Shown here: positions 21,734-30,467 of the stretch, piece after piece | Position numbering within the stretch: position 1 is the first letter of the stretch | Layout: each line of letters opens with the position of its first letter | Notes under the pieces: model-generated | Database searches by the model: none | What the model was told of the DNA's origin: nothing | The model's input: the letters and a program-made list of their open reading frames with translations, nothing else | Program-made: the position numbers and the translations under genes | Sequence record: SRR22947727_4282 | Reading direction: 5' to 3' (one strand) | Length of the DNA stretch: 64,000 bases

Positions 21734-22731
21734 TGATATTTGATGAGCTGCCTGTAAGCGCCGCCGAGGGCTGTATTCTTGCGCATTCGATTGACCTGCT
21801 GGGCAGGCGGCTGCGCAAAGGCGTGACGCTGAACAAGGATCATATCGATGAATTAACGCGCGCCGGCATAACGCATATCAGCGCGGCGCGCTTGCAAGAG
21901 CGCGATATTGCGGAAGATGCGGCGGCTGTTGCTTTGGCAAAGGCCTTGGTGCCCTATCCTGAGCAGGCCGGCTTGCGTTTGAGTGCGGCCTTCACGGGGC
22001 GGGTCAATCTGATTGCCACAGGGGCAGGCGTGGTTAGTCAAAACGTTAAAAAATTGATCGCTCTCAATTCTATAGATTCAATGATTTCTTTGGCGACCTT
22101 GCCCCAATATCAGCAGGTTTCGACCGGAAGCTTGGTGGGAACGGTAAAAATCATCAGCTATGGCGTGTCTGGTGACAAGCTACAAGCGGCCTGCAAGCTG
22201 GCGCAGGCAGCGATTAAAGTACTGCCTCCCGTTATGCGCTCTGCCAGCTTGATTGTGAGTGTTTCGAAAGGTGGCCCTGGCGAAAAGGGCGTTGAAACGA
22301 TAAGGCAAAGGCTTGCTGCTTTAAATATCACGCTAGTGGAAGTGGTTACCACGCCTCATCAGACCCAAGAGATGGCGCATGCGCTGAAGGATGCCTCGGG
22401 CGATCTCATTTTAATGCTCACCAGCTCTGCCACCTCTGATCTCAATGACACCGCTCCGAAAGCTGTGCGTGCAGCAGGGGGCAACATCGAACGATTTGGA
22501 ATGCCTGTTGATCCGGGAAATCTTTTGTTTTTAGGCGCGCTCACTGGCAAGCCGGTAATTGGATTTCCTGGGTGCGTAAGATCTCCGGCGCTAAACGGGG
22601 CGGATTGGGTTTTGTCTCGGATTGCCTGCGGCGTTACGCTGGATGATCACAGTTTTGCTGAAATGGCGATTGGAGGCTTGCTGAAAGAAATTCCAACCCG
22701 GCCTCAGCCTCGGCGGCGTTCCGAGGGATAA
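21733..22731 (+). CDS. Molybdopterin-binding protein (MoeA/MogA-like domain)
   Basis: GMPVDPGNLL, GFPGCVRSP, GGLLKEI; TGATG coupling to the XdhC gene. Confidence 0.8.
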   Translation: MIFDELPVSAAEGCILAHSIDLLGRRLRKGVTLNKDHIDELTRAGITHISAARLQERDIAEDAAAVALAKALVPYPEQAGLRLSAAFTGRVNLIATGAGVVSQNVKKLIALNSIDSMISLATLPQYQQVSTGSLVGTVKIISYGVSGDKLQAACKLAQAAIKVLPPVMRSASLIVSVSKGGPGEKGVETIRQRLAALNITLVEVVTTPHQTQEMAHALKDASGDLILMLTSSATSDLNDTAPKAVRAAGGNIERFGMPVDPGNLLFLGALTGKPVIGFPGCVRSPALNGADWVLSRIACGVTLDDHSFAEMAIGGLLKEIPTRPQPRRRSEG

Positions 22732-22770
22732 CGCGCGCCTTCTTGTGCGGGCATTTATGGTTGTAAGTGC

Positions 22771-22798
22771 AAAAAAACCGAGGCAAAGCCTCGGTTTT
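22771..22798. terminator. Bidirectional intrinsic terminator
   Basis: AAAAAAACCGAGGC-AAA-GCCTCGGTTTT between convergent genes; 7-U tail on the infC strand. Confidence 0.85.
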
Positions 22799-22826
22799 GA
22801 ATAAAATTTTAAGCGTAAGTTTGAGA

Positions 22827-23372
22827 TTATTTTGCGGCAGGACCGATCATCATCGTCATTTGACGACCTTCCATTTTCGGCATATTTTCTACTTTGCCCA
22901 ATTCTTTAACATCATCTGCCACCCGTTCCAGAAGTTCGCGGCCCAGATTTTGATGCGCCATCTCGCGTCCTCGAAAGCGCATGGTGATTTTAACCTTGTC
23001 ACCGTTTTCCAAAAATTTATACACGCTGCGCATTTTCACTTCGTAATCGTGGATATCTGTCCCCGGTCGGAATTTGATTTCCTTGATCTCAATAATTTTT
23101 TGTTTTTTACGGGCTTCGGATTCGCGTTTTTGTTGCTCGTATTTATATTTGCCAAAATCCATAATTTTACAAACGGGTGGGCTGGCGTTGGGAGAAATCT
23201 CAACCAAATCCAAACCGACTTGATCTGCAAGTTCTTGGCCGCGTGCGGGGGTTACCACCCCTACGTTTTCACCTTCGGCCCCAATGAGCCGTATTTCCGA
23301 GCTGTCTATGCGATCATTTACGCGGGGTCCGGTTTCGCGCGATGGTGGCGCGTTGTGAGGTCTGCGAGCTAT
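22827..23372 (-). CDS. infC: Translation initiation factor IF-3 (non-canonical ATA start)
   Basis: LDLVEISP...[26 protein letters not shown]. The frame extends 38 codons upstream of the track start as [21 protein letters not shown], preceded by ATA with AAGGA 8 nt upstream. Confidence 0.93.
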   Translation of the reverse strand: MARRPHNAPPSRETGPRVNDRIDSSEIRLIGAEGENVGVVTPARGQELADQVGLDLVEISPNASPPVCKIMDFGKYKYEQQKRESEARKKQKIIEIKEIKFRPGTDIHDYEVKMRSVYKFLENGDKVKITMRFRGREMAHQNLGRELLERVADDVKELGKVENMPKMEGRQMTMMIGPAAK

Positions 23373-23536
23373 GGGATCATTCCTTGTTTTATTAAACTTA
23401 ATTGATCTCTGCGATATCGAGACTGCTCACCCATGACAAGCGTTATTTCTAAAACCAGTAATGGTTTTGTTGCTCTGTTGCTTGAAAGACAAACAATTAT
23501 GCCGTTTCAGCACATAATAGGCCACGCCGAGCCTAA

Positions 23537-24337
23537 TTACCCGACAAACGCTTTTTCAACAACATATTCGGCTGGTTCCGAATTGGCGCCTTCTTTAAGC
23601 CCATAGCTTTCCAAAATAGCTTTTAAATCTGTGTTCAGGCCCAATGACCCACAGACCATTGCTCGGTCTGTCTTTGGGTTAATCGTGTCAATTCCAAGAT
23701 CGCTCAGCACTTCGCCATTGTTCAACAGATCGGTGATCCGCCCCATCTTTGGACTTTGTTCGCGCGTGGTCGTCGGATAATAGGTAAGCTTGTCGCCGAT
23801 CATCTCTCCGATCAAGGGATCGTCTGATAGCGCGTTTACCAATTCGCTGCCATAGGTCAATTCTGCGCGGTCTCGGCAAGTATGCGTTAGAATGATTTGA
23901 TCATAATCTTCATAAGTTTGAGGTTCGCGGACCAAGGAAGCAAACGGCGCAATTCCGGTTCCAGTGGCGAAAAACCATAGGCGTTTTCCAGGTAGCAATG
24001 CATCATGCACCAGCGTTCCAACCGGCTTCGGCCTCAGGATGATTTCATCCCCCGGTTGGATATGCTGAAGCCGCGAGGTCAGCGGGCCATCTTGTACTTT
24101 GATCGAGTAAAATTCAAGTTCCTCAGCCCAAGAGGGCGAAGCGATAGAATACGCCCGCAGAAGCGGTTTTCCATCGTCTTTCAAAAGGCCGATCATGACG
24201 AATTCGCCAGATCGAAAGCGCAGGCTTTGTGGCCGTTTTACGCGAAATGAAAACAAACGATCTGTCCAATGTTGTACATGGGTAACGGTTTGCGCATCGG
24301 GCAGCCTGGTGGGTTTTATAGCAGCAGTTTGGTTCAA
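23537..24337 (-). CDS. fpr: Ferredoxin--NADP+ reductase
   Basis: RAYSIAS, GPLTSRL, TGTGIAPF, MVCGS, VVEKAF. Confidence 0.93.
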   Translation of the reverse strand: MNQTAAIKPTRLPDAQTVTHVQHWTDRLFSFRVKRPQSLRFRSGEFVMIGLLKDDGKPLLRAYSIASPSWAEELEFYSIKVQDGPLTSRLQHIQPGDEIILRPKPVGTLVHDALLPGKRLWFFATGTGIAPFASLVREPQTYEDYDQIILTHTCRDRAELTYGSELVNALSDDPLIGEMIGDKLTYYPTTTREQSPKMGRITDLLNNGEVLSDLGIDTINPKTDRAMVCGSLGLNTDLKAILESYGLKEGANSEPAEYVVEKAFVG

Positions 24338-24403
24338 AATAATATACTCTGTCAGTTTATATTTACAGTTGGGAACAGGTTTAACGGGTTTTGAAATGAA
24401 TTT

Positions 24404-24781
24404 CTAGCCGCTTGCTTGCAATCGTGATTGATAGCTGTGGGCTGTCCAATTTGACCGAAAAACCCAATCTTTTTCAGGTTGGCGCAGGGCTTGAGCTTGC
24501 GAAATTGCAATTTCATCGAAGCCCGATCTGCGCGCCATCGCGTATTGGTCAGAAATAATGGGCCCTTTGGCTCTGAGAATGCCGGTATACCCGCGCAACC
24601 GCAGCAATCGAGCAAGCGTAAACCCGCGCCCATCGGCAAAATTAGGAAAGATGATGACTACCCGCTGAATAGCCTTGGGTAGGGTTAGGTTTTCGGGATC
24701 GGTCTCTGAAGCGAAGCTGAACGTGGTCTCATCGCTCCAAGTGTCGGCTGAAAATCCGCTATCCGTAACAATAACATCCAT
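24404..24781 (-). CDS. DUF934-family protein
   Basis: FPNFADGRGFTLARLLR..GYTG.LRA.G...DQY.MARRSGFD; typical member of sulfite reductase clusters. Confidence 0.85.
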   Translation of the reverse strand: MDVIVTDSGFSADTWSDETTFSFASETDPENLTLPKAIQRVVIIFPNFADGRGFTLARLLRLRGYTGILRAKGPIISDQYAMARRSGFDEIAISQAQALRQPEKDWVFRSNWTAHSYQSRLQASG

Positions 24782-24845
24782 TTGAGTGTTCCAGTCTTTC
24801 TTAAACGCCATTTCTGGCGCACGCTGTTATAGCTGTTTAGGGGTT

Positions 24846-26516
24846 TCAAGCGGCGTTTTTGCCTTCGCTGGCATCCGGATAAAGGGCCGCTTTGAAAGGT
24901 GGCGCGCCCACTCTGCGAAAGGTTTCGAGAAAGGTTTCTAGGTTGGAAAGGCGCAGATCAAGATAGGTAAACACCACCCTTTCAATCGCCGAAACGATGG
25001 TAGACGCGTCAAATCCTGGGCCGGCACGTTCTCCGATGGTAGCGGTTTCTGTAGCATCTCCGCCAAGCGTGATTTGATAGTTTTCAACGCCGGCACGATC
25101 CAGCCCCAATATCCCGATATGCCCAACGTGATGATGTCCGCAGGCGTTTATACAGCCCGATATTTTGATTTGCAGCGGACCGATATCATGCTCTAACTTT
25201 AAAGCCTTGAACCGCAGCGCGATTTCTTGCGCTACGGGGATTGAGCGCGCGGTTGCCAAAGCGCAATAATCCATTCCTGGGCAGGCAATAATGTCTGAGA
25301 TCAACCCTGCATTGGCGGTTGCCAATCCGGCTGGATAAAGGCCGTTATAAAGCGCGAAAAGATGGCTTTTATGCACGTGGGGCAGGACAATATTCTGCGC
25401 ATGGCTTATCCTAAGCTCATCATGGCTATAGGTTTTGGCCAGTTGTGCCACCACGCGCATTTGCGCGCTGCTGGCATCGCCTGGCGTTTGCCCCGGAGTT
25501 TTAAGACTGACAGTTGCTATGGCGTAATCATTGTTGCGATGCGGGCTGGTATTGATATCCACCCAGGACTTAAAATTTGGATATGTTGCATAATTTTCGT
25601 GAAATGTGGTGGTTGGGGTATCAATCCAAGCGGGGGTTGCGAAGGCTTTTTTCAGAGCATTTAGAAGCGTTTGATCCTGCCCTTTAAATTGTGGACGCAG
25701 TTCCGAAAACCGTTTTAGGACAAGGCGTTGAATTTCTTGCAGCCCCTTTTCATGTACCGTGATTTTTATGCGCGATTTATACTTGTTATCGCGGCGCCCC
25801 AAAAGGTTCCAAACGCTCACGATGGCCTCAACATAGGGTAATAGGTCACTTTTTGGTAAAAAGTCGCAGAGGGTTTTGCCAATCATCGGGGTTCGACCTA
25901 ACCCCCCGCCTATAATCACTTCAAAGCCAATTTCTGCGCCTCTTTTTTTGAGAAGCAAGCCAATATCATGCGCGCGCGTTACGGCTCGGTCCTTTGCGCT
26001 GCCGCTCACTGCAATCTTGAATTTGCGCGGCATAAATTGAAATTCGGGATGGTCTGTTGACCATTGCCGAAGCAGCTCTGCATAGGGGCGTGGGTCTTCA
26101 ATTTCATCCGCTGCGGCGCCGGCAAAATGATCTGCCGTGACATTGCGTATGGTATTGCCGCTGGTTTGGATCGCATGCATTTCCACCTCAGCCAGTGCAT
26201 CTAAGATATCGGGAACATCCTGCAATTTGGGCCAGTTAAACTGGATGTTTTGACGGGTTGTGAAATGACCGTAGCCTTTATCCCATTTTTCCGCGATTGA
26301 GGCCAAAGCAGTCATTTGCGCGCTGTTTAAAGTTCCATAGGGAATAGCCACGCGCAGCATATAGGCGTGAAGCTGCAAATAAAGCCCATTCATCAAGCGA
26401 AGTGGTTTGAATTCTTCTTCGCTAAGCGCGCCGCTGATACGCCGCCGCACTTGATCGCGAAATTGAAGATTTCTTTCTTTTAAAAAGGCGGTGTCAAACC
26501 CGTTATACTGATACAT
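24846..26516 (-). CDS. cysI: Nitrite/sulfite reductase hemoprotein (ferredoxin-type sulfite reductase)
   Basis: RLMNGLYLQ, HFTTRQN, PRKFK, ACPGMDYC and SGCINACG siroheme/4Fe-4S ligands; start ATG 26516. Confidence 0.92.
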   Translation of the reverse strand: MYQYNGFDTAFLKERNLQFRDQVRRRISGALSEEEFKPLRLMNGLYLQLHAYMLRVAIPYGTLNSAQMTALASIAEKWDKGYGHFTTRQNIQFNWPKLQDVPDILDALAEVEMHAIQTSGNTIRNVTADHFAGAAADEIEDPRPYAELLRQWSTDHPEFQFMPRKFKIAVSGSAKDRAVTRAHDIGLLLKKRGAEIGFEVIIGGGLGRTPMIGKTLCDFLPKSDLLPYVEAIVSVWNLLGRRDNKYKSRIKITVHEKGLQEIQRLVLKRFSELRPQFKGQDQTLLNALKKAFATPAWIDTPTTTFHENYATYPNFKSWVDINTSPHRNNDYAIATVSLKTPGQTPGDASSAQMRVVAQLAKTYSHDELRISHAQNIVLPHVHKSHLFALYNGLYPAGLATANAGLISDIIACPGMDYCALATARSIPVAQEIALRFKALKLEHDIGPLQIKISGCINACGHHHVGHIGILGLDRAGVENYQITLGGDATETATIGERAGPGFDASTIVSAIERVVFTYLDLRLSNLETFLETFRRVGAPPFKAALYPDASEGKNAA

Positions 26517-26817
26517 TTTTTGCCTCTGCTTGTTTGCCATGGAAATAATTCCCAGGCCCCTTGGTGCGGAATACCTCTCGGAAATGAGCCGGCTTTGGCC
26601 CCGCGTCTTCGTCTGTAAAATCGGCCAGATAGGCCCCCACGACGTGAGATGCCTGAGCGGTGGCTGTATTTAAAGCAGCTTGTGCATCCTTTTTTGCGTG
26701 AAATATTTTGGCGTTTGAATGCTGCCGCGTCCAGCCCCCCTTGGCGTTAAGATAGATCACATCTCCGTTTAATAGTGCATTTGCAGTGATCACTTTACTG
26801 TAAGATTTGCTGGGCAT
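26503..26817 (-). CDS. DUF2849-family protein
   Basis: VITANALLNGDVIYL...VVGAYL...HFREVFRTKGP; lies between cysG and cysI. Confidence 0.8.
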   Translation of the reverse strand: MPSKSYSKVITANALLNGDVIYLNAKGGWTRQHSNAKIFHAKKDAQAALNTATAQASHVVGAYLADFTDEDAGPKPAHFREVFRTKGPGNYFHGKQAEAKNVSV

Positions 26818-28214
26818 CAGGCGCTCACTTTTGCGTGGTGGTTTTCGATCTGCAATGCAGCTTTTCGCGCTGGCAGACCAAATAACGTAAGCGCGGGCCC
26901 CGATACGCTCTGCGCTCGTAAAGTTTCAGCCAGATTATCCAAGCGCGCTTCAATGATCCGTTGATGCGGCCGCGAGGCATATTCCACGATGCTTATAGGT
27001 GTCTTCGGATTAGCCCCATGCATCAAAAGCCGGCCTTGGATAAACCGTGCGGATTTTTTTCCCATATAAATTGCTGCAACCGTGTTCGGTTGCGCCAAAG
27101 CTTGCCATTCTTGCTCGTGAAACCCGTGCATATCGTGGCCGGTTAAAAACTTGACCGAGGCGTTGCGTTGACGGCGCGTCAGCGATTGTCCGATCGCGGC
27201 GACGGCAGCGGAGGCCGCCGTGATACCTGGCACAATGCTCCATTCGATTTCTGCCGCCTCGCAGGCGTCGATTTCTTCATCTAGGCGGCCAAAAATTGTT
27301 GCGTCACCGCCCTTTAAACGCACCACAATTTGACCGTTCTGGCTATGCTTAAGCAATAAGGCATTGATTTCTTGTTGCGGGGTTGAGGCCCCAAACCCTG
27401 TTTTCCCAACGTCAATCAACAGCGCCTCGCGTCTGGCCAATTCTAAAATTGGGTCGCCAACCAAGCGATCATAAAACACTACATCGGCCCTATCCAAAGC
27501 TTTACAGGCTTTCAGCGTCAAAAGCTCTGGGTCACCTGGCCCAGCGCCAACAAAGATCACATGCCCCGTTGGGGTGGCTTTCTTGAGATGCGTTTTAAGT
27601 AAGTTTGACAAAGCGCTGCCTATGCCAGCTTCACCGCTTTCATCCAGGGCTCTTGGGCCGGTGTTAAAGTAAAATTCGCTCCAAAAGCTGCGCCGCGCGC
27701 GGCCCATTGGCAAGGCATTCACGTTTTTTCGAAAGGATTTTGCAATTCGCGCCAAAACTCCAATTTGCGCGGGTAATCTGTGTTCTAAATCGGCTTTGAG
27801 TGCACGCGCTAAAACAGGCGCGGCGCCTTCGGTTCCAATCGCAATCGTTACGGGATCACGATCCACGATTGCGGGCGTGATAAATTGGCTGTCCTGTAGG
27901 TTATCAACGATATTTACCAAAGCGCCCGCTTCATGGGCGAGTTTGGCCACACGCCTATCTTCTTGTGCATCTTCATTTGCCGCATAAAACAGCGCCGCAC
28001 AAAGAGCATCGCCGGTTTCAAGTTTCCGCGTCACCAAAGCCAGTTTGCCGCTTTTTTCCCAATGCAAGATTTCAGGTAAAGGATCTTTGGCAAAGACGGT
28101 GATATGCGCCGTCGTTTTGAACAAGAGCCGCAACTTGGCGATCGCAGCATCGCCGCCGCCCGATAGGATGATGCGTCTTCCGGCGACAGCTAAGAAAATT
28201 GGGAAATGATCCAC
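26817..28214 (-). CDS. cysG: Siroheme synthase
   Basis: N-terminal dehydrogenase/chelatase (FPIFL, VNIVD, PAIVDR) fused to a methyltransferase (VGAGPGDPELLT, RLKGGD, PGITA). Confidence 0.95.
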   Translation of the reverse strand: MDHFPIFLAVAGRRIILSGGGDAAIAKLRLLFKTTAHITVFAKDPLPEILHWEKSGKLALVTRKLETGDALCAALFYAANEDAQEDRRVAKLAHEAGALVNIVDNLQDSQFITPAIVDRDPVTIAIGTEGAAPVLARALKADLEHRLPAQIGVLARIAKSFRKNVNALPMGRARRSFWSEFYFNTGPRALDESGEAGIGSALSNLLKTHLKKATPTGHVIFVGAGPGDPELLTLKACKALDRADVVFYDRLVGDPILELARREALLIDVGKTGFGASTPQQEINALLLKHSQNGQIVVRLKGGDATIFGRLDEEIDACEAAEIEWSIVPGITAASAAVAAIGQSLTRRQRNASVKFLTGHDMHGFHEQEWQALAQPNTVAAIYMGKKSARFIQGRLLMHGANPKTPISIVEYASRPHQRIIEARLDNLAETLRAQSVSGPALTLFGLPARKAALQIENHHAKVSA

Positions 28215-28357
28215 GATGCGTTTCCTGTTTGATTTATTTACCCTTGTATAGTAAATAATTCTAAGTTTTGGCTATATTGCCGAATAAATAAGAAAAATAT
28301 TTTCATAAAGGCTAATTTTTAGAATTACCTTTTGATAAACGGGATGGGAGTGGAATC

Positions 28358-28816
28358 ATGGCGCGCTTGGATGAGACAGATCGAAAAATTCTTGCAGAGC
28401 TTCAATCTGATGCTGGCCAGTCTTTGGATGAAATTGCTGGAAAAGTCAGCTCGTCCAAGACGCCTGTGTGGAATCGTATCCGCAAAATGCGATCGCTTGG
28501 CTTGATTGGGCGTCAAACGGTTGAGTTAAATGCAGAAGCGCTAGGTTTTGAGGCTTGTTTTTTTGTGCTGATCCGCACCAGTGAACATGACGCAGCGTGG
28601 CAGGCAAGTTTTCTTAAAGCATTGCAGAATCACCCGGAAGTACAAGAGGCGCATCGGCTTGCGGGGGATATTGATTATATATTAAAAGTGCGGGTGAAAA
28701 ACGCCCGCGCCTATGATGCTTTTTATCAACGGCTGATTTCCGAAGTGAAAGTGCATAATGTGACGGCGTTGCTGTCAATGGAGGAAATAAAATCCACCAG
28801 GATGCTGCCGCTTTAA
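28358..28816 (+). CDS. Lrp/AsnC-family transcriptional regulator
   Basis: LDETDRKIL..LQ, HTH with WNRIRKM, C-terminal AGDIDYILKV; divergent from cysG. Confidence 0.92.
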   Translation: MARLDETDRKILAELQSDAGQSLDEIAGKVSSSKTPVWNRIRKMRSLGLIGRQTVELNAEALGFEACFFVLIRTSEHDAAWQASFLKALQNHPEVQEAHRLAGDIDYILKVRVKNARAYDAFYQRLISEVKVHNVTALLSMEEIKSTRMLPL

Positions 28817-30000
28817 GGTCCGGTATTCACGAACAGGTTTTGCAACCCATGGAAATGGTAAACATCAGCATAACCGGGGGATCTGGCCAGTTGCAGCTGC
28901 GGGCAGCGTTCAAAAACAATCGGCAAAGCAGTCCGCAATTCCAAACGCGCCAGCGCGGCGCCTAAGCAAAAATGGATGCCTGCCCCAAAGGCAGCGTTTG
29001 TTTTTACGTCTCGGCTAGGGTCGAAAACATCCGGATCGCGCCAGTTGGTTGGATCGCGCCCTGCGGCGCCCAGCATTAATGCGATTTGATCACCGCGCTT
29101 AAGCGCATGCCCTTGAACCGTAAGATCTTCATTTGCATATCGCGTGAACATATGTAGCGGTGGATCATATCGCAAAATCTCTTCAACAGTGCCGTCAATA
29201 TGTTCTGGCGCCAAACAGCTTGCCGGCACCCCGGTTTCAAGAAGTGTTTTCACCCCATTGCCCAATGTATGTACCGTGGCCTCGTGCCCGGCGTTTAACA
29301 AAAGGATGCAAGTGGTGATCATTTCATCGGTTGTCAAACGTTGACCATTTTCTTCAGCGGCAATCAAATGGGTGATCAAATCATCCGCAGGGCGCGTACG
29401 TCGTTCTTCTATATAAGAGCGCATGAAATCTGAAAACGCCTTACTGGCAGCAACCGCACGGGCTTCCAGCGTTTTACTGCGCCGCGCTTGATACATCATC
29501 ACCATATCATTTGACCAACGCAGCAATTCATCGGCCATGCTTTCAGGAACGCCAAGAAGGCGTGCGATTATGATCACCGGCAAGGGCTTTGCATAGGCCT
29601 CTAACAGATCAATTTCTGAGGTTTTAAAATCGTCGATCAAGCTATGGCATAGCTGCTTGATCTCGGGCTCTAGCGAGGCAATGCGTCGCGACGTAAAGGC
29701 GCGCAACACAAGCCCGCGTAAGCGGCTATGGCGCGGGGGTTCCAGCTCAAGCATGGAATTTGCTTCCAGCTTATAAAAAGGGGCGAGATGCTTGGGCGTG
29801 GGTTGCGCCAAATCTTTTGGGCATTCCCTGCCAAAGCGGCGATCTTTCAGCAAGGACATCACGCTTTGATGATCAAAAAAGCTGGCCATGTTGTAATCGC
29901 GCCAAAATACCGGCTGCTGCAGGCGCCGGGCGCTTTCATAAAAAGGGTAGGGGTTTTGAACAAACGTATAATCGGTGGGGGATTGTTCGAGTATATGCAT
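28813..30000 (-). CDS. Cytochrome P450
   Basis: I-helix AGHEAT, ExxR (EEILR), heme motif FGAGIHFCLG. Confidence 0.95.
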   Translation of the reverse strand: MHILEQSPTDYTFVQNPYPFYESARRLQQPVFWRDYNMASFFDHQSVMSLLKDRRFGRECPKDLAQPTPKHLAPFYKLEANSMLELEPPRHSRLRGLVLRAFTSRRIASLEPEIKQLCHSLIDDFKTSEIDLLEAYAKPLPVIIIARLLGVPESMADELLRWSNDMVMMYQARRSKTLEARAVAASKAFSDFMRSYIEERRTRPADDLITHLIAAEENGQRLTTDEMITTCILLLNAGHEATVHTLGNGVKTLLETGVPASCLAPEHIDGTVEEILRYDPPLHMFTRYANEDLTVQGHALKRGDQIALMLGAAGRDPTNWRDPDVFDPSRDVKTNAAFGAGIHFCLGAALARLELRTALPIVFERCPQLQLARSPGYADVYHFHGLQNLFVNTGP

Positions 30001-30467
30001 AGTGATGTCCTTAAAGCACGATCAGCCTAACCGATGCGGTCGCAGATTGCGAGATGTTCGCTGGCGACAAATACGGCTGGAGATCATAATATATCGGGTT
30101 AGACCTGCAGGTAAGGGATCGTTTCACTGTGCGGGCAGTCTTTCAAAGTGAGCGCGTGCGCGGTTGTGAAAAGCGCCTGCCTTCCTCAACCCCCAAAAAA
30201 TGCGCCATCTTCTTTTGAGATCTTCGTTTACTTAACTGTAACATTAAAATGGTGGGTTTTTGTGATCTCTGCCGAAGCAGGCCCGTCATTCACAAACCAC
30301 CATAATTCAAAATAGCAAGACGGGCACGGGTGTTTCGAATGACAGGAAACCGGTTGATCCGTTGATAATGCAGGGGCCGTGACAATAATGTCTCTTGCAA
30401 CTGTAGCCAAAATATTACTTCGTAAGCATTGCCCGCTCGGGTGTTGTCATCTTTGGGAGGAAATTAG

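Noticed and set aside
22767..23405. 212-aa plus-strand ORF opposite infC
   Set aside because: It is an antisense shadow of a conserved, highly expressed gene, has no recognisable motifs, and starts at the terminator.
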